A stretch of 64,000 nt of DNA, taken from IMG/VR virus record IMGVR_UViG_3300045988_136451. One strand, given 5' to 3'. Source of the DNA: a virus. Numbering within the stretch: position 1 is the stretch's first letter; each line of letters starts with the position of its first letter. Of the stretch, positions 35,527-44,980 are shown piece by piece. The notes beneath the pieces are model-generated. The model searched no databases and had not been told where the DNA came from. It saw nothing but the letters and a program-made list of their open reading frames with translations. Position numbers and translations under genes: made by a program.

Positions 35527-36894
35527 GCCGCGAGCGAAGACGTAGACCGCCTCCGATTCTCTCCACTTGCCGTTGACGTACACGCTCGCGAGGCCCTGAT
35601 GCCATCTCGCGCCGTTCGGAACGTCGTAGCGCCATATCAGGCCGCCGTAGTAATCGACGACCGCCTGAACGTCCGCGCCGTTGCGCATATGAACCGCGCG
35701 CCCCTTCGCGTCGTAGGAGCGCAGCGTGAACGTCTGGGAGGTGCGCGGCCTCTGCCGCTTCAAAGCCACCTCGACCGACTTGATTCCGGCCTGCTCGCTT
35801 CGGGCATCGGATGCCTTCCACGAGCGCACGAGGCCGTCAACGCTCCCCACAAGCTCGTAGCGCGCCACGGGGTAGGAGCCGTCTTCCCAGCCGGAGTAGT
35901 AGAACCTCACGGTCTCCCCGGCGCACAGAACCTCGTTCCGCGTTCCCCTGCGACCGATGCACCAGAGCTGCGTCGGGCCGTAGCTGGGTATCTCGAAGTA
36001 GGACACCGCGTCAGACCAAGCGACCTGCTTGCTCCACGCCTGACCGTCGTAGGTGCGGATGCCGAAGAACAGCTTGTCGCCCGTCTTGATGTCGAAGAAC
36101 GACGACGGCTGAACGCTGGCCGACGTGCTGCCGATGCCCTCGACCGCCCGCACGAACTTCGCGTGCTGCGCAACGGTGTCGGGGTTGCGAGCGCCCGACG
36201 GCACCGAATCGCCACGGTAGACGAACAGGTCGTACCCCTTCGCGCCGTTGCAGCGGTTCCACGACACCGCCACGGGCTGCGTGGCGGCTTGGATTATCTC
36301 GATCTTCGGAGGCTCGGCCTTGACATACGACGGGGTTGCGGGGCGCGGGTACGCGCCCTCGTGCCACGTGACGGTGTACATGCCGTCCTTGTTGTTCATG
36401 AACGCGCCGTCCTGCGGGCACGGCCTGCTGGCGTAGTAGCCTTGGCCGTAGCGCCCTTCCCAGTTCGTGATCTCGTTGTCCTCGAAGCTGCCCGTCCACG
36501 GGCGCACGATCATGGGGCATATCGTCAGGTTCTCGTCGTCGGTTCCTATGGGAACGTCCGCGTCGAAGACGGTGTAGGGGCCGTGCCACATGGTGCCGTC
36601 CCGGTCTCCGGCCCACGAGCCGTTAAGCCCCCAGTCGGCGTACTGCCCCCAGAACTTCCGCCCGCTCTTGATGGTCGCGCTCTGGTACACGCCGTTGACC
36701 CAGCACTGGTGCCCGATGGCGTAGCTGAAGAACGAGTTGTAGTACCTCATGCGAACCCAGCACTTTATGCGCACATGGGTGGAGCGCGCGGTGCGGCCCC
36801 ACGTCTCCACGGTGTAGCTGTACATGGTGTTGGGCTGTCCGTTGCTCTGCGTCCAGCCCTCTAGCGGCATGCCTTTGACGAACCATCCCATCAT
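35509..36894 (-). CDS. putative tail-associated (fibre/lectin-like) protein, Trp/Gly-rich
   Basis: 461 aa, W/Y/G-rich with no catalytic motifs. Lies in the structural block next to the fibres. Confidence 0.4.
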   Translation of the reverse strand: MMGWFVKGMPLEGWTQSNGQPNTMYSYTVETWGRTARSTHVRIKCWVRMRYYNSFFSYAIGHQCWVNGVYQSATIKSGRKFWGQYADWGLNGSWAGDRDGTMWHGPYTVFDADVPIGTDDENLTICPMIVRPWTGSFEDNEITNWEGRYGQGYYASRPCPQDGAFMNNKDGMYTVTWHEGAYPRPATPSYVKAEPPKIEIIQAATQPVAVSWNRCNGAKGYDLFVYRGDSVPSGARNPDTVAQHAKFVRAVEGIGSTSASVQPSSFFDIKTGDKLFFGIRTYDGQAWSKQVAWSDAVSYFEIPSYGPTQLWCIGRRGTRNEVLCAGETVRFYYSGWEDGSYPVARYELVGSVDGLVRSWKASDARSEQAGIKSVEVALKRQRPRTSQTFTLRSYDAKGRAVHMRNGADVQAVVDYYGGLIWRYDVPNGARWHQGLASVYVNGKWRESEAVYVFARGKWRTL

Positions 36895-37460
36895 CTCACC
36901 GCCATATCTTCATATCTCCAAACATATCCAGCAGCCGTATGATGTCCACGTTTCCCGCTGCATATTAGGTATATGTTTTGAACGGTCGTCGATACATTTC
37001 TCGCCGCATCCGCAATGGAAGAGAAACGACCGATTTCCTTGCCACTCAACGGGTCTATCTGAACAACCGCCCTGCCACGCTGCTCGGTTTTGCTCCTCCT
37101 CATGCGCTCTTTCGTCGGGGCGTAATTGATATTGTCGGATGCAGTGACCCATTCGAGATTCGACACTCGGTTATTCGACCTGTCGCAATCAATATGGTTT
37201 ATAAAGGGCTTGCCGTCATCGTTCTGAATGAATGCAGCCGCTACAAGACGATGGACAAGCGCATTCTCAACGTTCTTGTTTCGGGTCAGCCGAACCACCA
37301 TGTAGCCGTTGGACATGACCTTCTGCTTTAGCACAATTCCCGCATATTCACGAACCGTGCCGTTCCTGTACCTAACAATTCGGTCAAGACTTCGCACGCG
37401 TCCAAGATCACTCACCTGATAGCAGCCCTCGTAGCCCTTTATGTCGCGCCACTCTTCCAT
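36891..37460 (-). CDS. HNH homing endonuclease (NUMOD4 plus HNH_3 type)
   Basis: WRDIKGYEGCYQVSDLGRVRS (NUMOD4), then HRLVAAAF...INHIDCDRSNNRVSNLEWVTASDN (HNH_3). AT-rich codon island inside the structural operon. Confidence 0.75.
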   Translation of the reverse strand: MEEWRDIKGYEGCYQVSDLGRVRSLDRIVRYRNGTVREYAGIVLKQKVMSNGYMVVRLTRNKNVENALVHRLVAAAFIQNDDGKPFINHIDCDRSNNRVSNLEWVTASDNINYAPTKERMRRSKTEQRGRAVVQIDPLSGKEIGRFSSIADAARNVSTTVQNIYLICSGKRGHHTAAGYVWRYEDMAVR

Positions 37461-37472
37461 CGTATGCATCCT

Positions 37473-38069
37473 TTAGTCGATGTAACGAATGTACAGATCG
37501 CCGTCGCGCAGGTCTTTCGGCAGCGATGCCCTGTCCGGGTCTGCCGTGCCGTAGAAGATGCGGTAGAGGTCGGTGATCTGGCTCATGGTGTGGGTGTGAA
37601 CCTTGGCGGCGGCGGGAAGCGTAACGTCTTCAGCGCCGTCGATGAACGTGTCGGCAGCGCCGTCTATCTTGATCGTGAAGCCGGGGTCGAGCTTCCCCGA
37701 CGCGCTGGCGCTGTCGGCGTTGGGGACGTGCTCCGGCGTTGGATGGTAGTGCTGGGTCGTGACCCATCGCGTCATGCCTCCGGGCTTGCCGTCGTCCGCG
37801 CGCTTCTGAAGGTAGGCATCGACCATGAAGGTGCCGTCGGCGGGAACGGTCGCCACCACGATGGGGTCGCCGTTCTCGTCCTTGCCGACGGTTATGTTCG
37901 CGCTGCCCCCGTTCGAGACGAGCTTGGCCTTCTCGATCTTGTCGAAGATCGCGCCGCCCACCTGTTTGCGGAACAGCGCCACGTCCTGCGCGGTGTCGGC
38001 CTCCCCCTGCTGCGGGGCCGGGAAGTCCCAATCTCGGTCGGCTGCGTCGATTTCGAGGGTGTAGGCCAT
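37473..38069 (-). CDS. hypothetical tail-associated protein
   Basis: Trimmed to MAYTLEIDAADR (RBS AAGGAG 8 nt). Confidence 0.4.
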   Translation of the reverse strand: MAYTLEIDAADRDWDFPAPQQGEADTAQDVALFRKQVGGAIFDKIEKAKLVSNGGSANITVGKDENGDPIVVATVPADGTFMVDAYLQKRADDGKPGGMTRWVTTQHYHPTPEHVPNADSASASGKLDPGFTIKIDGAADTFIDGAEDVTLPAAAKVHTHTMSQITDLYRIFYGTADPDRASLPKDLRDGDLYIRYID

Positions 38070-38080
38070 CTTACCTCTCC

Positions 38081-41000
38081 TTAGTACACGCCGTTGTCGT
38101 AGACGGCTTCGTTGTACACGTTGTTTATGCACTCGCGCTGCACGCCGTCAATCCACACGTCCATGCTGCGCCTGTTCTTGTCGTTCGGGTCGATGCGCCC
38201 CGGCGCGGAATGCACCGGCTCGCTGCCCTGCTCGCCCCATTGTATCAGCACGTAGGACTTCACGCCCGCCTTGAACGGCGCGGGGCTTTTGTCCGCGAAG
38301 GTGTTCACGAAGCCGTCAGGCTCGACTATGCGCACCATGAGCTGCTGTTCGTAGGTGTAGACGCTGAAGCGCCTGCTCTCGTCCATGTAGTCGATGATGT
38401 AGCGCTCCTCGGCGGTGCCGCGCTGCCCCGACGGCACGCGGGCCAATGCCTCGTCCGGGATGTACTCGAACGTCAGGAAGCCCGCGCCAGCGTCGATGCG
38501 GAACGCCTCCTCGATCTGAAGCGACGCTTCCGCGTCGTCGATGTGAGCGCCCTTCTTCGCCTCGTAGGATATGGTTCCCCTCGGGTCGTTCACGGCCATC
38601 TCGTAGCACGGCTGCTCCAAGGGCTTGAACACCTTGTGGTAGTCCCTCATCGGAGCGCGCGTCTCGTTCGGGTTCCCGAAGTACACGTAGTACGCCCCCA
38701 CGAACTGGTTGAGGTCGTAGTCGTAGTAGCCCTCCGCTTTCGTGCCTGCGGGAATCTCGTCCTGCACCCGGAACCACAGCTCCATGTTGTCCGTGATGTC
38801 GCAGTCGATCTCTTGGCACTCCACGCCGTTGTAGTAGATCACGCGGAAGTCCTTCAGGTCTTGGCGCACCATGGGCGCTGTCTGCGCCCGCAGGATGGAG
38901 AAGTCGATGTTCGGCACGAACACCGTGGTTCCGGTCGGCACGAAGCCCGACAGCGGTATGCGCAGGCGGTAGTCGTACGCGTTGCTCCACCACATGCCGC
39001 CGGTCTGGGGCGTGAACACCGTGCCGATGGTCGTCCACTTGCCGCCCTCGACTTCGTAGCGCATGTTGAACACTTCCTCGTCGGAGAGGTCTTTGCAGCG
39101 CAGGTTCCACGTCCGCGCCTCGACGCTGAACACGTCAACCTGAACCGACGCTATGGCCTGCGAGCGGACGAGCTTGCTCTGCGACTGTATGCCGATCTCG
39201 TCGCCGTCGTCGGGTGCCGGTGTGTACGGTGTCGCCTTGCTCCCCGATTCCAGCTTCAGGGTGCCCTTCCTCACCTCGACCCATTTGGTAGCGTCGTACG
39301 AAGCGAGCCCGTAGAACAGCAGGACTTGGTAGTTCGTCCTGACGTTCGCGTTCGCCATGCTGAACGTCCATTCGTACCTGTTCCACTCGGTCTCCGACAT
39401 GGCGGACGGGTTCTTCGACGCTATCGACACGTTCGGTGCCGTCTTCTGCAAGAAGTAGAACGAGCCGAACGAATCTATGTTCCCACGGTACTCGAAGGAC
39501 AGCGTTACCGTCTCGCCGTCCTGCACGCAGCCGGGGAACGCGAGCGGCACCGACATGTTCGCGCCTCTGCCGAACGTCAGGCGCAGGGCCTCCCCCACGT
39601 CGGTCAGCTTGCCCGAACTTGCGATGTACATGCTTATGCCGTCCTGCCCGTTCGCCGTCGCCGTTATGGGCATCTCCTTGGTGAACTTCAGCAGGTTCAC
39701 CCCCGGCCCGCTGGCGGGAGCGTCCATCTTCAGCACGGTTCCCGAAACGCCGAACTCGGTGCTCTCAACCTCGGCGTTCAGGCCGCTCCACTCCTCGATC
39801 ATGTCGGAAGGGTGGTCGAACACCTCGCGCGGCGGGTTCTGGTTCACGGCGAAGTCGAAGCTCTTGAACGCCACCGCGCTGTTCATGTTGACGAACTCCA
39901 AGCTGTTCATCTCCTCGGTGGAGGGAACCATGCGCTCGTCGCGCGTCAGCTCGAAGCCCACGTTCTTGTCGATCACCGAAGCGTCGTTGGCGAACGCTAG
40001 GAACTCGCTGTCAGGCTCGACCGCCGCGCGGAGGCCCGACAGGCCGAACGACACCTCGCGTATGGCCGCGACGAACGCAAGCTCGTCGGAGCGCTCGCGG
40101 CGCACGGTCTTGTAGGCGTGCCGCCCGTCTTCGTAGAAGCGCATCTTCACCGTCTTGCCCTCGACCGGCTCGCGCGGCGACTGCGGAAGCTGCCGCTCGT
40201 AGCGCATGTTCTCCGCGAGGACGGAGCTGATCGCCCCGTTGTCCGTGAAGCGCCAGCTCGCCGGTGTCACCAGCGAGGGGAGGTACAGGGGATTGTAGCT
40301 CTGCGATATGATGTCCTCGATGCCGCGCTGGCGCTCGGCCTCTTGGTAGATGTTCGACGTTCCGATGGCATCGTACACCCCGAGCCGGTCTTCGTAGATC
40401 GGGCTGTCCTGCGTGGTGAGGAGCTGGCGGTACAGCTCGGTCGCGTAGGTGCTGGCGGGCTGCTGCTCGAAGTAGTGCTTCACCTCGTAGGGGTATTCCA
40501 GCTCCTCGACCTCGATGCCGTCCGACACAACCGTGTAGGGGATGGCCGACAGGCCGGTGAACTCCAACTTGACGAACGTGCACTTGCGCAGCGGCAGCGA
40601 GTAGTCGGCGCTCTGCAAGGAGTACACGGCGGGGTACGGCTTCCACGATGCCGTCTCCCAGTCGCCGTCCTCCGTCGAGTAGACGTTCATCTGGCATCCG
40701 CCGTAAACCGCGTCGATTCTCATGGAGTTCACGCGCGAGGCGTTGCCGCTCGCGTCCCTCAAATCGAACACGAGCCATTCTAAGGCGCTCTGCGTGACGT
40801 TCGGCTTGCTGCACCAGAACGTGGACGGCATGCCGTCGTGCAGCCTCTCCGGGCCGCTCACGGCCATCTCCGTCTCCACCTTGTTGCCGAACGGGTCGGA
40901 GAACACGGCGGGCGCGAAGTCATCTGCGTCCATCACGTCGTAATGGAGCGACAGACCGGCCATGTCTATGGAGAACGGGAAGTCGTCGGCCTTCAGAGCG

Positions 41001-42469
41001 CCGTCCGGCAGCGTCTTGTAGTAGGGCGCTTCGAGGCGCGTGAAGACGAGGCGGAAGCCGTAGGCCGTCGCGAGGTTGAAGCGGAACGTAACCGTCGCCA
41101 TGTCGCCCGTCACCGAAGCGCCGCCCCACGAGCGCGAGGTGTAGGACAGCGGCGTGCCAAGCTCGTTGGTGAGCCGAAGCCACGTTCCGGCCTCCTCGTC
41201 CACGAGGACGTACGGGACGATCTCCACGGGCTTCTTCGACACCTCGAACTCCAAGCGGTTCACCGGCACGCCCTTCTGAAGGCGAACCTCGAACCACTCG
41301 TGCGGCCTGTCCGCCGGATAGGCCTCGTCGCTCGACCAGATGCGCGAGCTGCGCGCGTCCTCGCTGAACTGGCGCTGCACGACGAGGATGTACTCGACGG
41401 GGTACGACCAGTCCACCATGCCGTCGGAGCCGTAGTACGAAGCGCTGTAAAGGCGGCTCGCAACGTCGGACACGGCGTTCGCCGCCTTCTGCAAGTCCGT
41501 CCGCTCCGACGTGCCGAGCGACCTGAACGCCGCCGCATGGCGCACGTCGTACGCCCCTATGTGCTCCGTCGATGCCGTCGCGTCCTCGATGGTGTAGGTG
41601 AAGTCGAACGTCTCCTCCTGATGGTTCACGAGGGCCTGCGTGGGGGCCTCGCGCCGCTCGTTGGGGGAGACCCACAGGTTCAGGTCGTCGTCAACGTCGT
41701 ACTCCCAGTCGGGCCGCCCCGTGACGTAGCGCTTGATCTGCCACAGGGAGCTTGACGCGAAGACATCTGCCACGGGCACGTCGGAATCGGGCCTCGTCTC
41801 CAAGATGAGGCTGTTGAAGAACTCGTCGCGCTGCACGACGGTTATGACCGCATCCTGCGGCCTTATCCTCTTCGTTACCTTGTTGATGTTGTAGCGCTCC
41901 GCCTCGGTCACCTCGTCGGCATCGACGACCACAACGTACTCGTTGTAGTCGGCCTGCGGGTACACGCCGGGCCGAAGGCTCGCCTGATCGCCGTCGTCCA
42001 CGTTGACGCTCTCGTAGAACTTCCACGCTTCGAGAACCTTGCACGGCTTTCCGCACGCCGCCTCCGATGCGAGGCGTATGCCGAAGGCGGTGCCGCCGTA
42101 CTGGAAGGCCGTCACGTACTTGTGGATGCGCGCGCGGTACTTGGCATCCTTCGCGTCGGCCTCGTCCTCCTGCTCCTTCGTGACGAGGCGCGTGCGCGGG
42201 TCGAACGCGTACGATTCGCTTTCCAGCCGCCTGAAGCCGAGCACGCGACCGTAGAACTCGTCGAGGTCGTTGTAGTGCGTCTCGTCGAGGCTCGTCTGCA
42301 AGCGCTTCAGCATGAGGTGGTTGCGCGCGGCCTCGACACCAGCGCCGCCGCAGAGAGCGTCGAGCAGGCGCACCATGTGCGACGAGCGCTTCTTGCTGTA
42401 GACCTCCTCCGGGAGGCCGGAAAGGTACTCCGCCCTGTTCGTCGGGCGCAGCTTGTTCACGCCGCCCAT
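38081..42469 (-). CDS. large tail fibre / host-specificity protein
   Basis: 1462 aa. Largest ORF, located after the baseplate-J-like gene. Confidence 0.45.
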   Translation of the reverse strand: MGGVNKLRPTNRAEYLSGLPEEVYSKKRSSHMVRLLDALCGGAGVEAARNHLMLKRLQTSLDETHYNDLDEFYGRVLGFRRLESESYAFDPRTRLVTKEQEDEADAKDAKYRARIHKYVTAFQYGGTAFGIRLASEAACGKPCKVLEAWKFYESVNVDDGDQASLRPGVYPQADYNEYVVVVDADEVTEAERYNINKVTKRIRPQDAVITVVQRDEFFNSLILETRPDSDVPVADVFASSSLWQIKRYVTGRPDWEYDVDDDLNLWVSPNERREAPTQALVNHQEETFDFTYTIEDATASTEHIGAYDVRHAAAFRSLGTSERTDLQKAANAVSDVASRLYSASYYGSDGMVDWSYPVEYILVVQRQFSEDARSSRIWSSDEAYPADRPHEWFEVRLQKGVPVNRLEFEVSKKPVEIVPYVLVDEEAGTWLRLTNELGTPLSYTSRSWGGASVTGDMATVTFRFNLATAYGFRLVFTRLEAPYYKTLPDGALKADDFPFSIDMAGLSLHYDVMDADDFAPAVFSDPFGNKVETEMAVSGPERLHDGMPSTFWCSKPNVTQSALEWLVFDLRDASGNASRVNSMRIDAVYGGCQMNVYSTEDGDWETASWKPYPAVYSLQSADYSLPLRKCTFVKLEFTGLSAIPYTVVSDGIEVEELEYPYEVKHYFEQQPASTYATELYRQLLTTQDSPIYEDRLGVYDAIGTSNIYQEAERQRGIEDIISQSYNPLYLPSLVTPASWRFTDNGAISSVLAENMRYERQLPQSPREPVEGKTVKMRFYEDGRHAYKTVRRERSDELAFVAAIREVSFGLSGLRAAVEPDSEFLAFANDASVIDKNVGFELTRDERMVPSTEEMNSLEFVNMNSAVAFKSFDFAVNQNPPREVFDHPSDMIEEWSGLNAEVESTEFGVSGTVLKMDAPASGPGVNLLKFTKEMPITATANGQDGISMYIASSGKLTDVGEALRLTFGRGANMSVPLAFPGCVQDGETVTLSFEYRGNIDSFGSFYFLQKTAPNVSIASKNPSAMSETEWNRYEWTFSMANANVRTNYQVLLFYGLASYDATKWVEVRKGTLKLESGSKATPYTPAPDDGDEIGIQSQSKLVRSQAIASVQVDVFSVEARTWNLRCKDLSDEEVFNMRYEVEGGKWTTIGTVFTPQTGGMWWSNAYDYRLRIPLSGFVPTGTTVFVPNIDFSILRAQTAPMVRQDLKDFRVIYYNGVECQEIDCDITDNMELWFRVQDEIPAGTKAEGYYDYDLNQFVGAYYVYFGNPNETRAPMRDYHKVFKPLEQPCYEMAVNDPRGTISYEAKKGAHIDDAEASLQIEEAFRIDAGAGFLTFEYIPDEALARVPSGQRGTAEERYIIDYMDESRRFSVYTYEQQLMVRIVEPDGFVNTFADKSPAPFKAGVKSYVLIQWGEQGSEPVHSAPGRIDPNDKNRRSMDVWIDGVQRECINNVYNEAVYDNGVY

Positions 42470-42470
42470 G

Positions 42471-44465
42471 CTACATCCACCCCTGCTGCGTGCGGCTGTA
42501 GAAATGGACGTACTGGACGTAGAAGCATTCGTTGCCCTTCTGCCTGAAGTCGGTCGTGTACTGCGCCTTCTGCGTCTTCCCGTCGCGTTCGTACTCCACG
42601 ATGCCGTACGCGCCGAAGGTGCCGGAGCCGTCGGCCACCTTACCGGCAGCGTCGGCCTGCGTCGAAACCCTCACGTTATCGACACCGGCGACGTTGGCCG
42701 CCACCGTCTCGATGTCGGAGAACTGGATTGTCTGGCCGAACGGAAGCGAGTTGGCCCAGTCTATCACGGCCTTCTCCACCGATGCCTTTATCGCGTCCCG
42801 CGTGTACACGCTGAACATGAGCGTGAGGTGAACGCCGTACCTGCGTCGGCGCACCTCGTGAACCAGCGTGTTGGCCGTGACCACGCTCTGCTTCCCCACG
42901 AGCTTCTGCACCTCGGAGGGCACCGTGTTGTAGACGAACGGGATGTTCAGCGGTGTCTCGTTGGTCAAGCTGATGTTCGTGCCAGCCGGAACGAAACTGT
43001 TCTTATCGCCGCTGTAGGTGCCCATAAGCTCCACAGCGTCCATGGCGCGCGAGCTGCCGTCTCGGTTCGCGTAGCCGGAATCGTACAGCATGCGGAACTG
43101 CTTGCCTTCTTGCAGGATGATGTCCGCGCCGACGTTTATCATGCCGTTGTAAGAGCGCATGACGGGCTGGTAGGACAGGGGTATGTACAGATTGTTCTCG
43201 GTCGGCATCGTCCCGTCGTCGTGCCGCCAGTTCCCACGGTTCTGCGCCGTGACGAGCTTGTTGAAGTCGATGAACTGAAGGTCGGCGACCGTCTGCCCGC
43301 TCTCGCCGTCCACGAACACCTCGACCGTCTTGATGCCGCCACGGTTCAGGTTGGACAGGTAGTCGTACTCGATGGTGATGAAGTCGCCGATGCTCGCCGC
43401 CTTGTAGACGTAGGACACCAGAACGGTCTGGCCCACGTAGTCGGCGGGGAACGAGGACGTTATCGTGATCTGGTTCCCGGACACCGTGAAGCCCGTCGTG
43501 ATCGGCGTAACGCCGTCGTTCGACGTGATGCCGGACACGCGCAGGACGTTGGGCTGCGAAAGCGAGTAGGAGTTGCCCCGCATGACGGGGCCGATAAGCT
43601 CGGTCGTCGCCACGTCGTGGAAGGTTATCACGGCGTTCTCCGCGTCAACGTCGTACTCGCCGCGAGAGTACAGCTTGTCGGTGTCCGCGTTGCGCACCCA
43701 GAAGCGGTTCTGCACATCGAGCATTTCGGCAACCTCGTCGATTGAGTACGTCGCCGTGTAGTTGCTCTGGACTGCCACCGTCTCCGTCCACGTGCTCTCC
43801 TGCCCGATGACCGATGCGCGGCTGTCGGCGGCATGCGCGAGCGCGAGGCCCAAGTACTGGTCTACGGTGCCGAACTCGCCACGGAATATCGTGTTCACGA
43901 TTCGGGTGCGGAACTCCGCGTCCGTCTCCAAGTCGCGCCCGCCGGTCATGGGGAGGTCGTTCGTCACGCCGAAGTAGCCGGTGTAGCTCACGGAGTACGT
44001 GACGGTGTTGGCCGCGACGTTCGCCGCGCTGCCAGCGACGGTGGCGACCACGGGTATCTCCGCCTTGGTGACCCCCTTCGCCATCTCCTGATAGCTCGTC
44101 GTCTGGAAGTACACGGCGGCCTGCGTCGCGGTCGCGGGCTTGTAGAACTGCGCGCCGTAGGCTATCGCCTGCACGCTGTCGGCGTTGTCGCGCGTGATGG
44201 AGATTGTGCCGCTCGCCGCCTGCGCCTGCTGGCGCGCGAAGCCGAACATCGCGCCGAAAGCGTCAAGCTCGGAGCCGCTGTAGGAATCGACCGACCACAG
44301 GGTGGTCGTTGTGTTCTCGTCAACCACGAGGCTCGCGAGCTGCGATGCCACGGCGGTGATGATCTTGCGCGTCGGAGTGCCGAGCGTCGTGCTCAACGTG
44401 GGGTCTACCGTCGCGAGCTGGTTTATGATGCTGGCCTCGAATTGCGCCTGCGTTTGTGCTGCCAT
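42471..44465 (-). CDS. baseplate J-like protein (tentative)
   Basis: 664 aa, positioned between a small gpW/XkdS-like gene and the large fibre, as in PBSX/P2-type baseplate clusters. Assignment by synteny and size only. Confidence 0.35.
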   Translation of the reverse strand: MAAQTQAQFEASIINQLATVDPTLSTTLGTPTRKIITAVASQLASLVVDENTTTTLWSVDSYSGSELDAFGAMFGFARQQAQAASGTISITRDNADSVQAIAYGAQFYKPATATQAAVYFQTTSYQEMAKGVTKAEIPVVATVAGSAANVAANTVTYSVSYTGYFGVTNDLPMTGGRDLETDAEFRTRIVNTIFRGEFGTVDQYLGLALAHAADSRASVIGQESTWTETVAVQSNYTATYSIDEVAEMLDVQNRFWVRNADTDKLYSRGEYDVDAENAVITFHDVATTELIGPVMRGNSYSLSQPNVLRVSGITSNDGVTPITTGFTVSGNQITITSSFPADYVGQTVLVSYVYKAASIGDFITIEYDYLSNLNRGGIKTVEVFVDGESGQTVADLQFIDFNKLVTAQNRGNWRHDDGTMPTENNLYIPLSYQPVMRSYNGMINVGADIILQEGKQFRMLYDSGYANRDGSSRAMDAVELMGTYSGDKNSFVPAGTNISLTNETPLNIPFVYNTVPSEVQKLVGKQSVVTANTLVHEVRRRRYGVHLTLMFSVYTRDAIKASVEKAVIDWANSLPFGQTIQFSDIETVAANVAGVDNVRVSTQADAAGKVADGSGTFGAYGIVEYERDGKTQKAQYTTDFRQKGNECFYVQYVHFYSRTQQGWM

Positions 44466-44474
44466 GCCTTCTCC

Positions 44475-44912
44475 TTAGAGCGTCTGCGCGACGGAGACCT
44501 GCGTGGCCGCCGCCGTGCTCACGATGACGAGGACGTTCACGTTCGTGCCGGTCGCGCTGACCGTTATGCTGTTGAGGGTGGAAACTATGTCGTCGTCCGT
44601 CCAGACCTGTAGGAACTCGTTGTCCGAGAGGCGCTGCTTGTCCCTTGCGATCTGCTCGTTCTGGGCCGCTATGTAGTTCGTCACGACGCGGTTGACCTCC
44701 GAGCGGATGGCCGTCAGGTTGTCGTCGAACGCGGGTGCCCCTATGTAGTTCCAGAGGTCGGAGCCGAACTTGGGGTAGACGGCATCCGTGCCGATAGGTT
44801 CGAGCAGCCAAAGCGCCATCTCCTGCTGGATGCGCGCGGCCCCCTCGACCATCACGGGCTTGCCGTCCCCTCCTATGACTATATCGCCATCCGCGACCTT
44901 GATACACTTCAT
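44475..44912 (-). CDS. small baseplate protein (gpW/XkdS-like, tentative)
   Basis: 145 aa. N-terminal VADGDIVIGGDG fits the DUF2634/gpW-like pattern. Synteny supports it. Confidence 0.35.
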   Translation of the reverse strand: MKCIKVADGDIVIGGDGKPVMVEGAARIQQEMALWLLEPIGTDAVYPKFGSDLWNYIGAPAFDDNLTAIRSEVNRVVTNYIAAQNEQIARDKQRLSDNEFLQVWTDDDIVSTLNSITVSATGTNVNVLVIVSTAAATQVSVAQTL

Positions 44913-44980
44913 GCGGTCGTCTCCTTACCCTAGTCGTCTTACGGACATTCTAGCAGCAAGGGCGGTCGGCGGCGACGGCC